DNA of 64,000 bases from Salpingoeca rosetta (lineage: Eukaryota; Protista; Choanoflagellata): assembly GCA_033442325.1 (NCBI GenBank), contig JAWQFM010000025.1:809541-873540 (forward strand), in the 5' to 3' direction. A model generated the notes under the pieces. That model saw only the letters and a program-made list of their open reading frames with translations, was not told the origin of the DNA and did no database searches. A program made the translations under genes and the position numbers. Numbering within the stretch: position 1 is the first letter of the stretch; the number at the start of each line of letters is the position of its first letter. Below are positions 18,351-56,634 of this stretch, one piece after another.

Positions 18351-19130
18351 ATGATGAGGTTTTTGCAACATCGGGTGCTGATCATCGGCGACCAGGAAGC
18401 GGACAGGGCTCAGGTCCAACAACTGTTGCGAGGCAACAACATGCGCCGGTTTGGCGGACAGCAAGTCTTGCCGGACCCAAACCAAATGGAATACGTTCAA
18501 GTGGCGAGCGTGCAGGCGGCCATTGACGATCCAAACACGGGTGACCTTGAATCATACTGTGCTGATGTTCAGCAGCAGCTGGGCCCAGCCATCACCCAGG
18601 GCGTGCACGCCGTTGTGCTGGTGATGCGCCGCGGCGCGCTGCTTGCGGGCGACAAGTCCAACTACACGCTCTTCGTGGAGAGGCTGTGCCAGAGTCAGGT
18701 GCCGTGTGTTGCCGTCATCTTGGGCTGCGAACGTGAGGGCGCAGACGCCATTGGGCAAGCAGACCACGTGCAAGCGGCTCTGCGCAACCAGGGCGTAAAC
18801 GTGGGGGCTGTGGTGCAAGCGGCGGCTGTTGAGGGCGGACGCTTTGAGGGGGCGGCTCAGCCCCTGCGACAGCAAACACGTGAGGCAGTGATTGAGGCCA
18901 TTCGCACACATGCGCGCGCGCACAACCAGCCGTTTGTTGTTGAGGCGAACAACATAGCGCCCGCTGTGCGCGCAATTGCAACAGAGCAGAAGAGAGCGTC
19001 CAGCGTGCTTGGGCTTGTGGCCAATAGCTTGCAGCTCCTGCAGGCGCACCCCATGCGGCTTATTTCAGCGCTCGCTGTCATTCTCGCTGTTGTGCTTGCG
19101 TACATTCGCAGCATGGTCTTCCAGCCTTGA
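18351..19130 (+). CDS. Single-exon, C-terminally anchored protein related to AIG1/GIMAP-like TRAFAC GTPases, with a degenerate P-loop
   Basis: 259 aa, GC-rich coding bias. It has a beta-strand plus remnant G1 (RVLIIGDQEADRA), an AIG1-like block GVHAVVLVMRRGALL...NYTLFVERLC..QVPCVAVILGCE, and a C-terminal hydrophobic helix LISALAVILAVVLAYI. Confidence 0.6.
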   Translation: MMRFLQHRVLIIGDQEADRAQVQQLLRGNNMRRFGGQQVLPDPNQMEYVQVASVQAAIDDPNTGDLESYCADVQQQLGPAITQGVHAVVLVMRRGALLAGDKSNYTLFVERLCQSQVPCVAVILGCEREGADAIGQADHVQAALRNQGVNVGAVVQAAAVEGGRFEGAAQPLRQQTREAVIEAIRTHARAHNQPFVVEANNIAPAVRAIATEQKRASSVLGLVANSLQLLQAHPMRLISALAVILAVVLAYIRSMVFQP

Positions 19131-20574
19131 GGTCTGGCAGCGTTGAGCTGTATTGCTGTGCTCCCTGTTGCTGGGGCGGGGTGGTCGTTGTTTCCCTGTG
19201 CCCCTCGCTCCAGCCACAGAAAAAAACCCCGGATTCTGCTTCGGTTCCCTTCCTTCCTCTGTTCAAGTGTTCATCGGTGCATCTGTGCATGAGCATGTAT
19301 GTCCACCTTGCTCGAACAAGCAAATGTAGAGCAGATTCTCAGATTGCTACGTTGTTACATTACTGCTCATCTGCTCACCTGATTCAAGTTGTTCAAACTC
19401 TAGAACTGTCCATTGTGTTCATTGTGTTCATTGTGTTCTTCTTCTTGGGTTGTTCATCTTCAGATCTTCTTCTTTGTCTTCTGTTCCAATGCACTAACAG
19501 TTGATCTGCTCCGTTCGCGGCAGATGCAGTCTCCACTGTCTGTTGTTCACATCTCTGCCTATTCCACACTGTTGGTTCAAGAACTCATGATACATAAACA
19601 ACACAAGAGAAGTGATGATACAGTGCGACAGTGACAGTCGGACGGTGACACCACAAAGCTGCACCCATATCCACACACAAACAACCTCTTCGGTGCCTTC
19701 GGTCCTTCGTCAGGATCGACGATTATATTGAATCTTTCAATAATTGTCTGTAATCGGGCGAATCACTCACCCTGCATGTTTCGCATTCGAGGCGCAAGGA
19801 AAACGGAAACGAGCAAGGCCAGCCAGCGATGTGGTGCGTGTGGTGTGTATGTGTTGGAGCGTTCCCACAACCAACACAAACCACACTCCAACCAAACCCA
19901 CACCACACCAAACCAACCGACCTTCTTCTTCTTCTTCTTCTTCTTCTTGGTGTGCGTGCCTTCCTCCTTTGGTACTTTGATTCAGCAGGGAGAGTGTGTG
20001 CGTGTTTCAACACACGAGCCGTCGTGCTTGATTGAGCTGTGTGTGATTGCGTTTCTTCTGCGCTGCGCTGCGCCGCGCGCTGTTGATCGTCGTGTGGCAG
20101 GCTGCTGCTGTCCTCAATCAAGGTAACGTAATGTTCATGCAACAAGCAGCAAACAGCAGCCGCACGAAAACAGAAGACAACAACAGCAGCGCCTGCTTCC
20201 CCCTCGGTTGTGGTTGCACGGCGCATAGGCACGAACGCCCCCGCTTGCTCACCCTGTTGTGCTCTCACTCCCAGCCTGTCGTCAGCTCGCGCTCACACCA
20301 CACGCTGCACACCTGTGCGTGCCGTGCCGTATGCAACTTCCCGCCACAACTCCTTCAGACGCACCACAGCAGAAGCAGACATTGGCTGGCCCCGTCTCTC
20401 TTCTCCATCAGCCGATCGGACCCTGCCACTTCACTCAACACGAACACACGAGAAGCAAGCAGAAAAAGCAAGCAGGCGAGCAACCTCACACTTCATTCCA
20501 CGCACCAGCCCAGCGAAACCAAGCAGCCCGCCAAGCGGAACCAAAGGTGATCTCCGTGTTGACACCGCCCAGGC

Positions 20575-23500
20575 ATGTCGATGAGCGCGTTCATGGAGGC
20601 ACCGCCACCGGTGCACGCGCTAGCAGACTGGTCATGCGAAGAAGTCGTCGCCTGGCTTCACCAGGTGCGTGTGTGTGTGTGTGTGTGCTCTGTGTGGGGT
20701 GTACGCGTCTGTTGTTGGGTTTATGTGTATTGAACTGTGTGTGTGTGTGTGTTTGTGTGTATGTGTGTGTTTGTGTGTATGTGTGTGTGTGTGTGTGTCC
20801 ACCCGTGCGGTCATGTGTGCGTGTGTGTTTCAACTGTGCGGTCATGTGTGTGTGTGTGTGTGTCGTCGGGTTGTATTTGTGCTGTAAGGACACACGGTCT
20901 CCGCCACCCTCGCCAAGCACAACACGTCAGCACTTACCCTTGCTTTGTCCCCTCTCTCAATCTTTTTGTAGAACGGCTTTTCCGACTTTGAGAGCAGCTT
21001 TCGCAACTTCAAAATCGCAGGACACCAGCTGGCGGTGAGCATGTCTGTCTGCATGCAGATGTGTGTGTGTGTGTGTGTGTCTGCATGCAGATGTATGTGA
21101 GCGTGCATTATCATGTACCCAAACATGTCCGTCTGTCTGCGTGCGCATGTGTGCGCATGTATGTGTGTTGATGTGTGTTCTTCTGGAAGTGTTCGTCTGT
21201 GCACAATTTCGCGGCTGCTGTTGGACATGCGTGCGCATGCTCCCATAACAGTTGCTCGACTCTCATCGACTCCGGCACACCTTGCCTTGCACTGCCTTGC
21301 ACTACATTGCTAACCAGGATGCTACCGCAGACCAGCTGGCCAAGATTGGATATCAGAGCGCAGAGCGCAGAAAGTACGCATGCACGCAAATGCACACAAA
21401 TGCACGCAAATTGTGCATCCAAGCACATGCATACACACACAAACACATGCATTCATACTCACCTTTCCGAGCATGCGCGCACGCATGTTCGTGCGTGTCA
21501 CAATCGCTCTCCTTTGCTTCCACTCACGTTGTCTTGCTGTACACATATGCGTGCGTGCGTGTGTGTGCGTGTGTGTTGCGCAGGGCGCTTGTGAAGGCAA
21601 AGGGGCGGCTGATGAAACAGCAGCAGAAGCTTTTGCGAGAGAATCGCAAGTCGCAACTCATGGTGCGTTGAAGTTGGCGGGGGGGGGAGGGTGAGGAGAG
21701 AGTTTAAAGATTGATGGATGGTGAGACATGCGCGCCTGCATGTACATGCGGGCTTGTGTGTGTGTGTGTTTGTGTGCATGTGTGTGCGTGTATGTTCACG
21801 GTGAGCATGTGTGCATCTTTGTATGTACTTGTGTGCATGTGTTCATGCGCTTGTGTACACCCGTATGTCTGTGTGGACTCACGTCTTCTTCTCTCCCGCA
21901 CACACGCGCACACCAACGCATACCCATCGTCACCACCATCATTACTCCCTACCACCACCACCACCACCACCACCACCACCATCAGATGCAAGGGCGGTTG
22001 GATTCCACGTCGTCGGCGTCAACGGGCCCGTCAGCGCCCAACTCCCCGCTCGCGTCCCACGTCATGCACGCGAAAAAGGCGGTGGGAAAGAAGCTGCGCA
22101 GGTTCACAAACGTCATTATGAAACGCAACAGCCCCAATGCGCAGCGGCGTTTCAGCCAGCCACCGTTGCCTGCAGGCAGGCGTGCACACGAGGATGCAAA
22201 CAGCACAGGCACAGACACGCGCGCGTCGCCAACTGCAGACGATGTGAGCGGCACGCAACATCACGACACCTTGCGTAACCATCTTGGCCATGGCGGCGTG
22301 AGCGCCAACGGAAGCGTGTTCCCGTCCGTGTCTGTCGACGGCAGTGACGGTGACGGCAGCAGTGGACAAGTGGATACGTTCTCCGATGACGATGATGACT
22401 GGGATGATGACGACGACGACGATGATGATGACTTTGATGACAGCGATGATGACTTTGATGACAGTGACGAGGAGACCACAGTCAACGTGCCTGCTGGTGC
22501 GTATTCAAAAATGGGAACGAGACTTGTCGTTGTGGTTGTGGTTGTGTGTGTGTATGTGTGGTTGTGTTTTTGTTAGTGTTGTGTGTGGTTTAGTGTGTGT
22601 GCGCAGTACTAGCATGTGCTGTCATCACGCACAATTCTCCACGTGCCATCTCTCGCTTACTCACATCCCCCTCCTCACGTTTGTCATGATGTGCCCCCAA
22701 CACAAATCACAACGCAACACAACGCAACGCAATGTAATGCAACTCGAAGCCGATGTCGGCGGCTCTGCGGTGACACCAGACGATGTGTACGGGAACTGTG
22801 ATGCAAACTGGTACACGAACGCGCCAGAGGAGGAGGAACGCAAGGCCCGCGAGCACTGGGAGCACGTGCACGAAGAACAGCAACATGAGCAACAACATGA
22901 GCAGCAGCAACATGAGCAGCACCAACACCAACACCAACATGACCAACAACAGCAGCAGCAGCAGCATGGCGAAGACGAGTACATGAACTCTGCCGTGTTT
23001 CGGCAGTCGAACATGCCGAGCGATGAAGTATTTCGCTTGGCGCAGCAGACGGAGGACCACTGGCGCGATCTCGAGACGTTTGCAGACCAAACCGTGCAGC
23101 CAGGACACCACCAGCACCAGCACCAGCAGGAGGTGGTGAGTGGTGCTGGCAGCAGCATGAACAGCAGCAGCACGGGCAGCACTGTGGATGTCACGCAGCA
23201 CCCAACGCATCAACAGCACAGCCACCCTGGTGACAGTCACACCTCCACCGCCACCGCCACTGCTGCTGTGTCCAAACCGCCCATTGCGAAGAAACCGGCA
23301 GGTGCGACGAAGACGGCGCACAGGGGGCGTCGCCTGGGCAACACACGCAAGCAGAGGAAGACATTGCCTGCAGGCAACGGCGGCACGGAACACCACGAGG
23401 AGCCAGGAAGCGCACATGGGAGTGGAAGTGGATTGGTCGCGCAGCGAACAGCCATGTTGACACACCACGACAGTCACGATGACAGCGGTGGCGATGATGG

Positions 23501-24506
23501 CGATGATGTGACGGCTGCGCGTGCGCCGCCACCGCCCGCCCCAACAGCAGGTGTTGGTCGATTGGCGAAACCAGCCATTGCGAGCAAACTTGAGGGGCAA
23601 CTGCAGCCCATGCAGCCACCGCACCAGCCACAGCCAAGCCCGCACCACCAGCACCGGCGCGATGGCAATGACGACGGAGGTGGTGATGAAGACACCCACG
23701 CATCCATCCACGAAGTGTGCGCGCCGTCTGTTTGGGATGTGTCGTCCTCGGCAGCAACACGGGCATCTGAACCACACGCACACACGCACGCGCACGCGCA
23801 CGCCAAGCCCAAACTCAAGCCCAAGCCCAAGCCCAAGCCAGCCGTTCATCATGAGCATGGTTACCAACATCAACACCAACAGCAGCATCAGCACCAACAG
23901 CACCACCATCAACACCAACAACACCAGCACCAGCAGGCGCGACAGAAGTTCACCTTTGGCCGCACGGATGCAGAATTGCTGTCTGCACACAGCAGCAGCG
24001 ATGGCGGCGGCGGCGGCGGCGGTGGTGGTGGTATTGTGTTGGACGGTGTGCCGACGCGAGGGAGCGATGCCAGCGTGAACAGCAGCTGCAGCAGCAGCAA
24101 CAACAGCAACAGCAGCGGCGAGTGGGGCCGATTGCCGCTGTCAAACACGCGCGATGACATGGAAGGCGCCGTGCAGCATCATCCCCACCACAACCATCAT
24201 CACAAGCACAGTGGCGGTGGCGGCGGTGTCGGCACTGCATCGCCGCTGACATCCGAGCTCCGAACACGGCTCCAGCACAAAAGCGCAGCACTGAATCGAG
24301 CCATGGGCACGAGCGGTGGTGATGGCGGTAGTGATGAAAGCAGTGATGGTGGTGACGGTGGTGATGGCGGTGGTCGTCGTCGTGTGAATGGAAATGGGGT
24401 CCACGTGACGTTGAAGAAGGACGATTCTGCGTTTGATGACAGCGATGTTGAGATTGCACCTGCGCCACCACGTGAGTTTGAGTGGTGGTGGTGAAGGTGG
24501 TGCTGT

Positions 24507-24588
<82 letters not shown>

Positions 24589-24592
24589 CAAG

Positions 24593-24666
<74 letters not shown>

Positions 24667-24735
24667 CAAGTTGTTGTTGTTGTTGTTGTTGTTGTTGTTC
24701 AAGTTGTTGTTGTTGTTGTTGTTGTTGTTGTTCAG

Positions 24736-24785
<50 letters not shown>

Positions 24786-25767
24786 GCCGACTCACATTGA
24801 CTCACAACTTATCCCTCCGCTTCGCTGTTCTTGTTTCCTCTCCTACGCTGTCTGCGTTGTCTGCTTTTCTATCCACTCGCCATCGCACAGCGCGCTTTCA
24901 CATCCACGTTCCGAAGAAGCCACACGTGAGTCTGCATTGCCACACCCGCACAATCCCATGATCACCGATTAATGCAATGCACACACACTGTTATGTGTGC
25001 CCTTTGCGTATTCTATTGTCGTGTTGCTCCCATTACCATCTTCGTCATCACCACCAGCGTTCCCACTCCTTGTTTTGTGTGCTCACGTCTTCCCTCCGAC
25101 CCGCCCCCAACCACCACCACCACCACTACGACCGCTGTTGCTGTCTCTGCAGCCGTCTGGACTTGCTGGGCAGAGCTGGTTCAGGCCAAACCTCGACAGA
25201 GAGGTAGGGGATACGTGCTTTGTTGCGTTGTTGTATGGTCTCTGATGCTGCGAATGCTGCACGGTTTTGTGTTCCAGCAAAGCCTGTGGCCAAGCACACA
25301 GTTGTGCGAACACACACACATGCGCGAACACATACAAGCAAGCATGCAGCCAAACAAACAATCAAACAGGCATACACATACATACACAAGCACAAACACA
25401 CATACACGTACAAGCCCACACACCTCAACAACCAACTCACGTGTTTGCTGCCTCTCATACACCGTGTCAGGCTGTGGAGAACATTCTGCACAACGAGATG
25501 CAGACGGGACGGTTCATTGTCCGCGAGTCCAAGTCAAACCGCGGCGAGCTGACGCTGAGCGTGCTTGTCGACGGCAACATTCGTCACATTCGCGTGCGGC
25601 AGCTGCCCCAGGGCGGCATTGCGCTGCGCGCCAACCCGACGGAACGGGAAATCTTCACGGATATGGCGCATCTGGTCAGCACGTACTCGCGCGTCAAGCT
25701 CCAGCTGCGTGACAGCATCCCGTTCTACCTCATTCCAACGTGTGTCACCAATGACAGCGAGGCGTGA
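20575..25767 (+). CDS. SAM domain - acidic Tyr / low-complexity region - SH2 domain adaptor (SLP-76/BLNK/CLNK-like architecture); exons approx. 20575-20664, 20972-21034, 21318-21373, 21584-21662, 21986-22496, 22750-24471, 24891-24925, 25153-25203, 25471-25767
   Basis: N-terminal SAM: ADWSCEEVVAWLHQ|NGFSDFESSFRNFKIAGHQLA|DATADQLAKIGYQSAERRK|ALVKA. C-terminal SH2: SWFRPNLDRE|AVENILHNEMQTGRFIVRESKSNRGELTLSV...IRHIRV...FTDMAHLVSTY, with the FIVR arginine intact. All exon phases are compatible. Confidence 0.85.
24508..24786 (+). repeat. (GTT)n microsatellite with CAA interruptions, intron of the SAM-SH2 gene
   Basis: Direct observation. It follows the donor GTGAGT at 24472. Confidence 0.95.
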
Positions 25768-25959
25768 GCTGTGGTGTGTGGGATGAGTGTGCGTGTGTAT
25801 GATGGGATGAATGAGAGCGTGGAAAAGAGAGAGTGTGTGTGTGTGCGCGCGCGCAAGTAGCTGGTGCGTTCAAGTGACATTGGAATTGACAAACTTTTAA
25901 TTGCAGTGGTTTTTTTCTCTGCTTTGTTGCGCGCGCGCGTGTGTGTGTGTGTGGTGTGT

Positions 25960-26040
<81 letters not shown>

Positions 26041-26245
26041 CGCTACCCGAAATAAATCATTCATCGTCACACACACAAAGAAGACACTTCCCAGGTCAAG
26101 TTTTGGCGATTTGCGGTACTGTTGCGAATTTTCAGCACGTCCCAAATCGTTGGAAACGAACACAAATTCAACCAACGAAGACAACAGCAGCAGCAGCACA
26201 CCTGACGGACCGCGCTCATTCCACCACCCACCCCAGCACACATAT

Positions 26246-26292
<47 letters not shown>

Positions 26293-26420
26293 CATACACA
26301 TACATACACACACATACATACACACATTTAGACGTACGTCCACCTCTTGAGCTTTCGGTGCACTCCACATTTGACGCACATCACGCGCATTGCACGCACG
26401 TAGACTTACACTCGCGCGAG

Positions 26421-34773
<8,353 letters not shown>

Positions 34774-36611
34774 CGCCGTGTGGTTGTCACGTACGCACTC
34801 ACTCACTCTTTGTCGCTGTCTCTTTCTATGTGTGTATGTGCGTGTGTGTGTCTCTCTTGCACTCACTCGCGCACGCACAATCTCTCATGCCGTACACACA
34901 CCATCTTGTTCCTCTTTTCTTGCACTCAACAACGCACAGTGTGTGTGAACATCGCTGCGTTTTTGCTTGTTGTATTCCTCCGGGTATCGCAGGCCGCGAG
35001 TGGCTGCTGCTTGCGCGAGTTGTGCAACACACACAATCTGTGGTTCCAAACTACCGTACCTAACCACGCCCCTCCCCCCTGCATTTTATCGTCATTAGGT
35101 CATTCATGTAGACGCCCCCTCTATTCTTGCTAACTGCCCCCACCCCTCGCCATCTTGTTCATTCGCCCCCCCCCCTTGCCCCGCTGTCACAGCGCAGCAC
35201 CCGTTACAGACCCTCTTCTTCCTTTTTGTACGTACCAATTCGCGCGCGTGTCTCAAAGCTTCAATTGATGCGTCGATGTACACTTCTCTGCCATGTCCAT
35301 TGCGAGTGAAAAATAACATCACATGCTTCTACGTGTGTTGTGAAATGAGAGCAACAAGAGTGGCGAAGTTTTTTTTTTTTTTTTTGAGGTGAAATGAAGT
35401 GATGGTTGAGGCTCGGAACACAACATCCAAAAGTCCAAATGCACGGAGAACCGCTGCAGTCAACATGAAAAAGGAAACATGTTCGAGTGGAAGTGAAACT
35501 CAGCTCCGATGCAACGATTCCTCTCCTCAGAGACAAACAGTAAGGTAACAAGTATGTAAAGCAAACAGCCAAAATGGAGTGCTGTGTGGTCAGGCCCAAC
35601 AGACTCATCATAGCATCATGTCTCTATGTCTTGTGCTTGTGTTTATTTCTCGTAGTCTCTTGTTCTACATAGTGTTCTTTTCTTTTTTGACATTCCCAGA
35701 CCTGGCACTGCTACTGCAGGCAGTTTGTCATTTTGTGTGCTGTGTTGTCTTGTTGTGCAGTGCCTTCTTCTTTAGGTATCAATGCACATGCTAATGCCAC
35801 GTGCAGAAGGAAGTCATGAGCTGTTGAGCTCGCTTCCCTTCTTGCTTACCATGGTTCGCTGGAGTGCTGGAGTGGATTGTCTGCTCTGATTGTATTGTGT
35901 GAGGCACAGACAGCAAGAGCTCTTGACACCAATCTGCCCAGACCACAACACCCCGTTTGAAGTTGGCGGCACCGCACCTGCGCATTTGACGAAAATAATA
36001 AATTCTGCGCTTCGCGCTTGCAGCTTTCTCTGCGTGACGTCACAGCGAGCTGCGGTGGATAGCACAAATTCGGCTTGTCTTCTGTGCGAATCGTAGATTG
36101 AGGTGGGCGTGCAAGTGCCAAGAAGAGAAAGAGGAGCGCAACGCAGCACGGGAAAGCAAAAAGGGCGTGAACATCAAAAGCACACACACAGCAAGGAGGG
36201 GCTGACGACGACGCACCCCTTCCCACACAAACCCCTTGTCCGCTCGTGCAGCAGGAAAGAGAACCGAAACGAGCAGCGAAGCGAGCCACGGAGAGACGCT
36301 GTGGTGCCCGAAGAAAGCGAGAGAGAGACGCAACTGAGCGAGCGGAAAGGCGACGAGAGGTTGATCACACGCCAGCACTTTGAGCTGGCTGAGATCAGTG
36401 AGGATATCACAAGACAGGAAGAAGAACCAGGTGCTCTCACACGTTCGCGTGGGTGGTTTTACCGCTGGCGTGGAAAGCCTCACACACAATTGGGGGAGTT
36501 CCTGAACGAGGAGCATCCAGACCACTGGTATCGACTGGGTGAGGGAGAGAAAGAGCGAAGAGACAGCGAGTCCGCTGTCACCACAGAGGACGAGCAACAC
36601 CCAACACAAGC

Positions 36612-54156
<17,545 letters not shown>

Positions 54157-54757
54157 TCTTGCGCGTCATGTGCGCGTGAATGGGTGTGAGTGGATGTGAG
54201 CGTGTGTATGAGTGTGCGTGTGAGTATGCGTGAATGGGCGTGTGCATGTGTGGTGTGTGGCGTGGCATTGGTAATGTGCTCGTTATTTTTTGTTCTGAGA
54301 CGGCGCTTGTCAAGTAGTTGTCTTCAACAGCACGGGCGCGTGTTGCTGTAGGGCGGCTGCTTGAGCACTTGCGCCTTTCTTTTGTTTTCTGATGTTTCGT
54401 GTTAGTGTGCTCATTGACTTGGCACCCCCTGCTAATTTGTGTACAATGTTTGTTCCTCCTTTTCCGCTTTGGGTTATGCTTTCATAAGATCTGTTCAGCG
54501 TCGCGGCATAGCAACATGCCATGTCATGTGTGTTCTAGACATTTGTGTTGTGCCGTGTTGGCCTGTGTCTCGTGTTGATTAAACAATAGCGACAGCCGAG
54601 AAGCTGGGAAGAAGAGGTGGTGAGGGTGGAGGAAAGGGGGGAAAGGGAGGGAGGGTAAAGGGGAGAAAGAGAGGCGAAGGGAATGGCGTGTTGTTGTTAA
54701 AGTTGTTCAAGTTGTTTGAAAAAAATGCACATCTTCGATCCCGGTGTCTTTCTGAGT

Positions 54758-54821
54758 TGTTAAGTTGTTGTTGTTGCTTAAGTTGTTGTTGTTTAAGTTG
54801 TTGTTTAAGTTGTTGTTTAAG

Positions 54822-54872
<51 letters not shown>

Positions 54873-54933
54873 GAGTTGTTGTTTAAGTTGTTGTTTAAGT
54901 TGTTGTTTAAGTTGTTGTTTAAGTTGTTGTTGT
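54758..54933 (+). repeat. (GTT)n / (GTTGTTGTTTAA)n intergenic simple repeat
   Basis: Direct observation. Confidence 0.9.
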
Positions 54934-55723
54934 TGGTGTTGGGAACACATTCCTACATTCAACGTTAGAATTTCATAGCAGCATACATCTGTTGCACGCA
55001 AAGAAAGTCAGGAAACGAAAATTCCAAACGCACCACACGTCAGCATCCAAACGCAGCGACGAGACAACAGGCTGACAACATGCACAACAGAACACATCCA
55101 ACCAAAGAAACACAACAAGAACAACCAGGACGAGACACAAACACTCAAACAGCAAGGCAAACAGACAAACAAAGTAACAAGCCCCTCAGGCCTTCAGGCC
55201 CCTCCAACAAGCCAACAAAGCCAACAAAGCTAACAAAAGTCCGCTTTTCGCCACTGTCCTTCCTCTGCACGAAAAACAAACAAAAGCTTACACCACTTTT
55301 CTAGCCTCGAAATTTGACTAATATCGATAATATCGATAATAATTCGATGCACAAATAAGCGAGTTGGACAATCGAACCCGAAAATTTTCGTCCTTTGTTT
55401 GTGTGTTTGTTGTTCCCTTCCGCCGCTGCTGTCCGCAAACACAACACTCTCGACGATCGGTCGACGATCGTGTGCGTGGCAGTGTGCACTTGCACTGTAC
55501 TTCTCCTTTTCCCTTTCACCAGTCAGTCAGTTAGTTGTTGTTTTGTCAAACTGACGCACTGTCCGACCGACAACCGGATCTCACCCCCGTGCGTGAGCAT
55601 CATTTTTTTTTCCTTTCCCACCTCCCCCAACACACACACACACACACTGACGTATCTCGCTCAGCTTCCACCAGCGTCCACTAACGACCACCAGCGTCAG
55701 CCGCCACGAACTGAAGGCCCGCA

Positions 55724-56557
55724 ATGGACCGGGTCTCAGAGCGTGAAGCGCGCCTTATGAGGGATGCTCTTCTTGGCAACCCTCGCCGTACCCGTGGCAA
55801 TCCTCGCCGACGTGAACGTGGCAACCAGCGTTCCCAACCCCGCAACCAAGCACAGCAGGATCAGCAGCAACTGGCCAGAGGTCGTGCGAATGACAACCGT
55901 CCGCGAGAAGTTCTGTCCGACGATGTTGCACCCTTTCTGCGCGCTGGCGACGGCATCGTCGATGAGGCCATGGCTGTGTCCTTGTGAGTTAACTTGCATG
56001 TTATGCTTTCGATGATCATGCACGCTTGAACCTGTCCGCATGCAGTTGTGTCCGTCATACACGCGTACACGCATATACACGCATACACGCACAATCTCTC
56101 ACCACACTCTCTCACCACCCACAAACACACACACCCACCACCCACCCACACACACCACACACACACNNNNNNNNNNNNNNNNNNNNNNNNNNNNNNNNNN
56201 NNNNNNNNNNNNNNNNNNNNNNNNNNNNNNNNNNNNNNNNNNNNNNNNNNNNNNNNNNNNNNNNNNNNNNNNNNNNNNNNNNNNNNNNNNNNNNNNNNNN
56301 NNNNNNNNNNNNNNNNNNNNNNNNNNNNNNNNNNNNNNNNNNNNNNNNNNNNNNNNNNNNNNNNNNNNNNNNNNNNNNNNNNNNNNNNNNNNNNNNNNNN
56401 NNNNNNNNNNNNNNNNNNNNNNNNNNNNNNNNNNNNNNNNNNNNNNNNNNNNNNNNNNNNNNNNNNNNNNNNNNNNNNNNNNNNNNNNNNNNNNNNNNNN
56501 NNNNNNNNNNNNNNNNNNNNNNNNNNNNNNNNNNNNNACACACACCACCACCCACCA

Positions 56558-56634
<77 letters not shown>

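Noticed and set aside
19330-19680. AT-richer intergenic patches (also about 35330-35800) as possible transposon or LTR remnants
   Set aside because: No TIRs, TSDs, paired LTRs or transposase/RT motifs are recognisable in the window.
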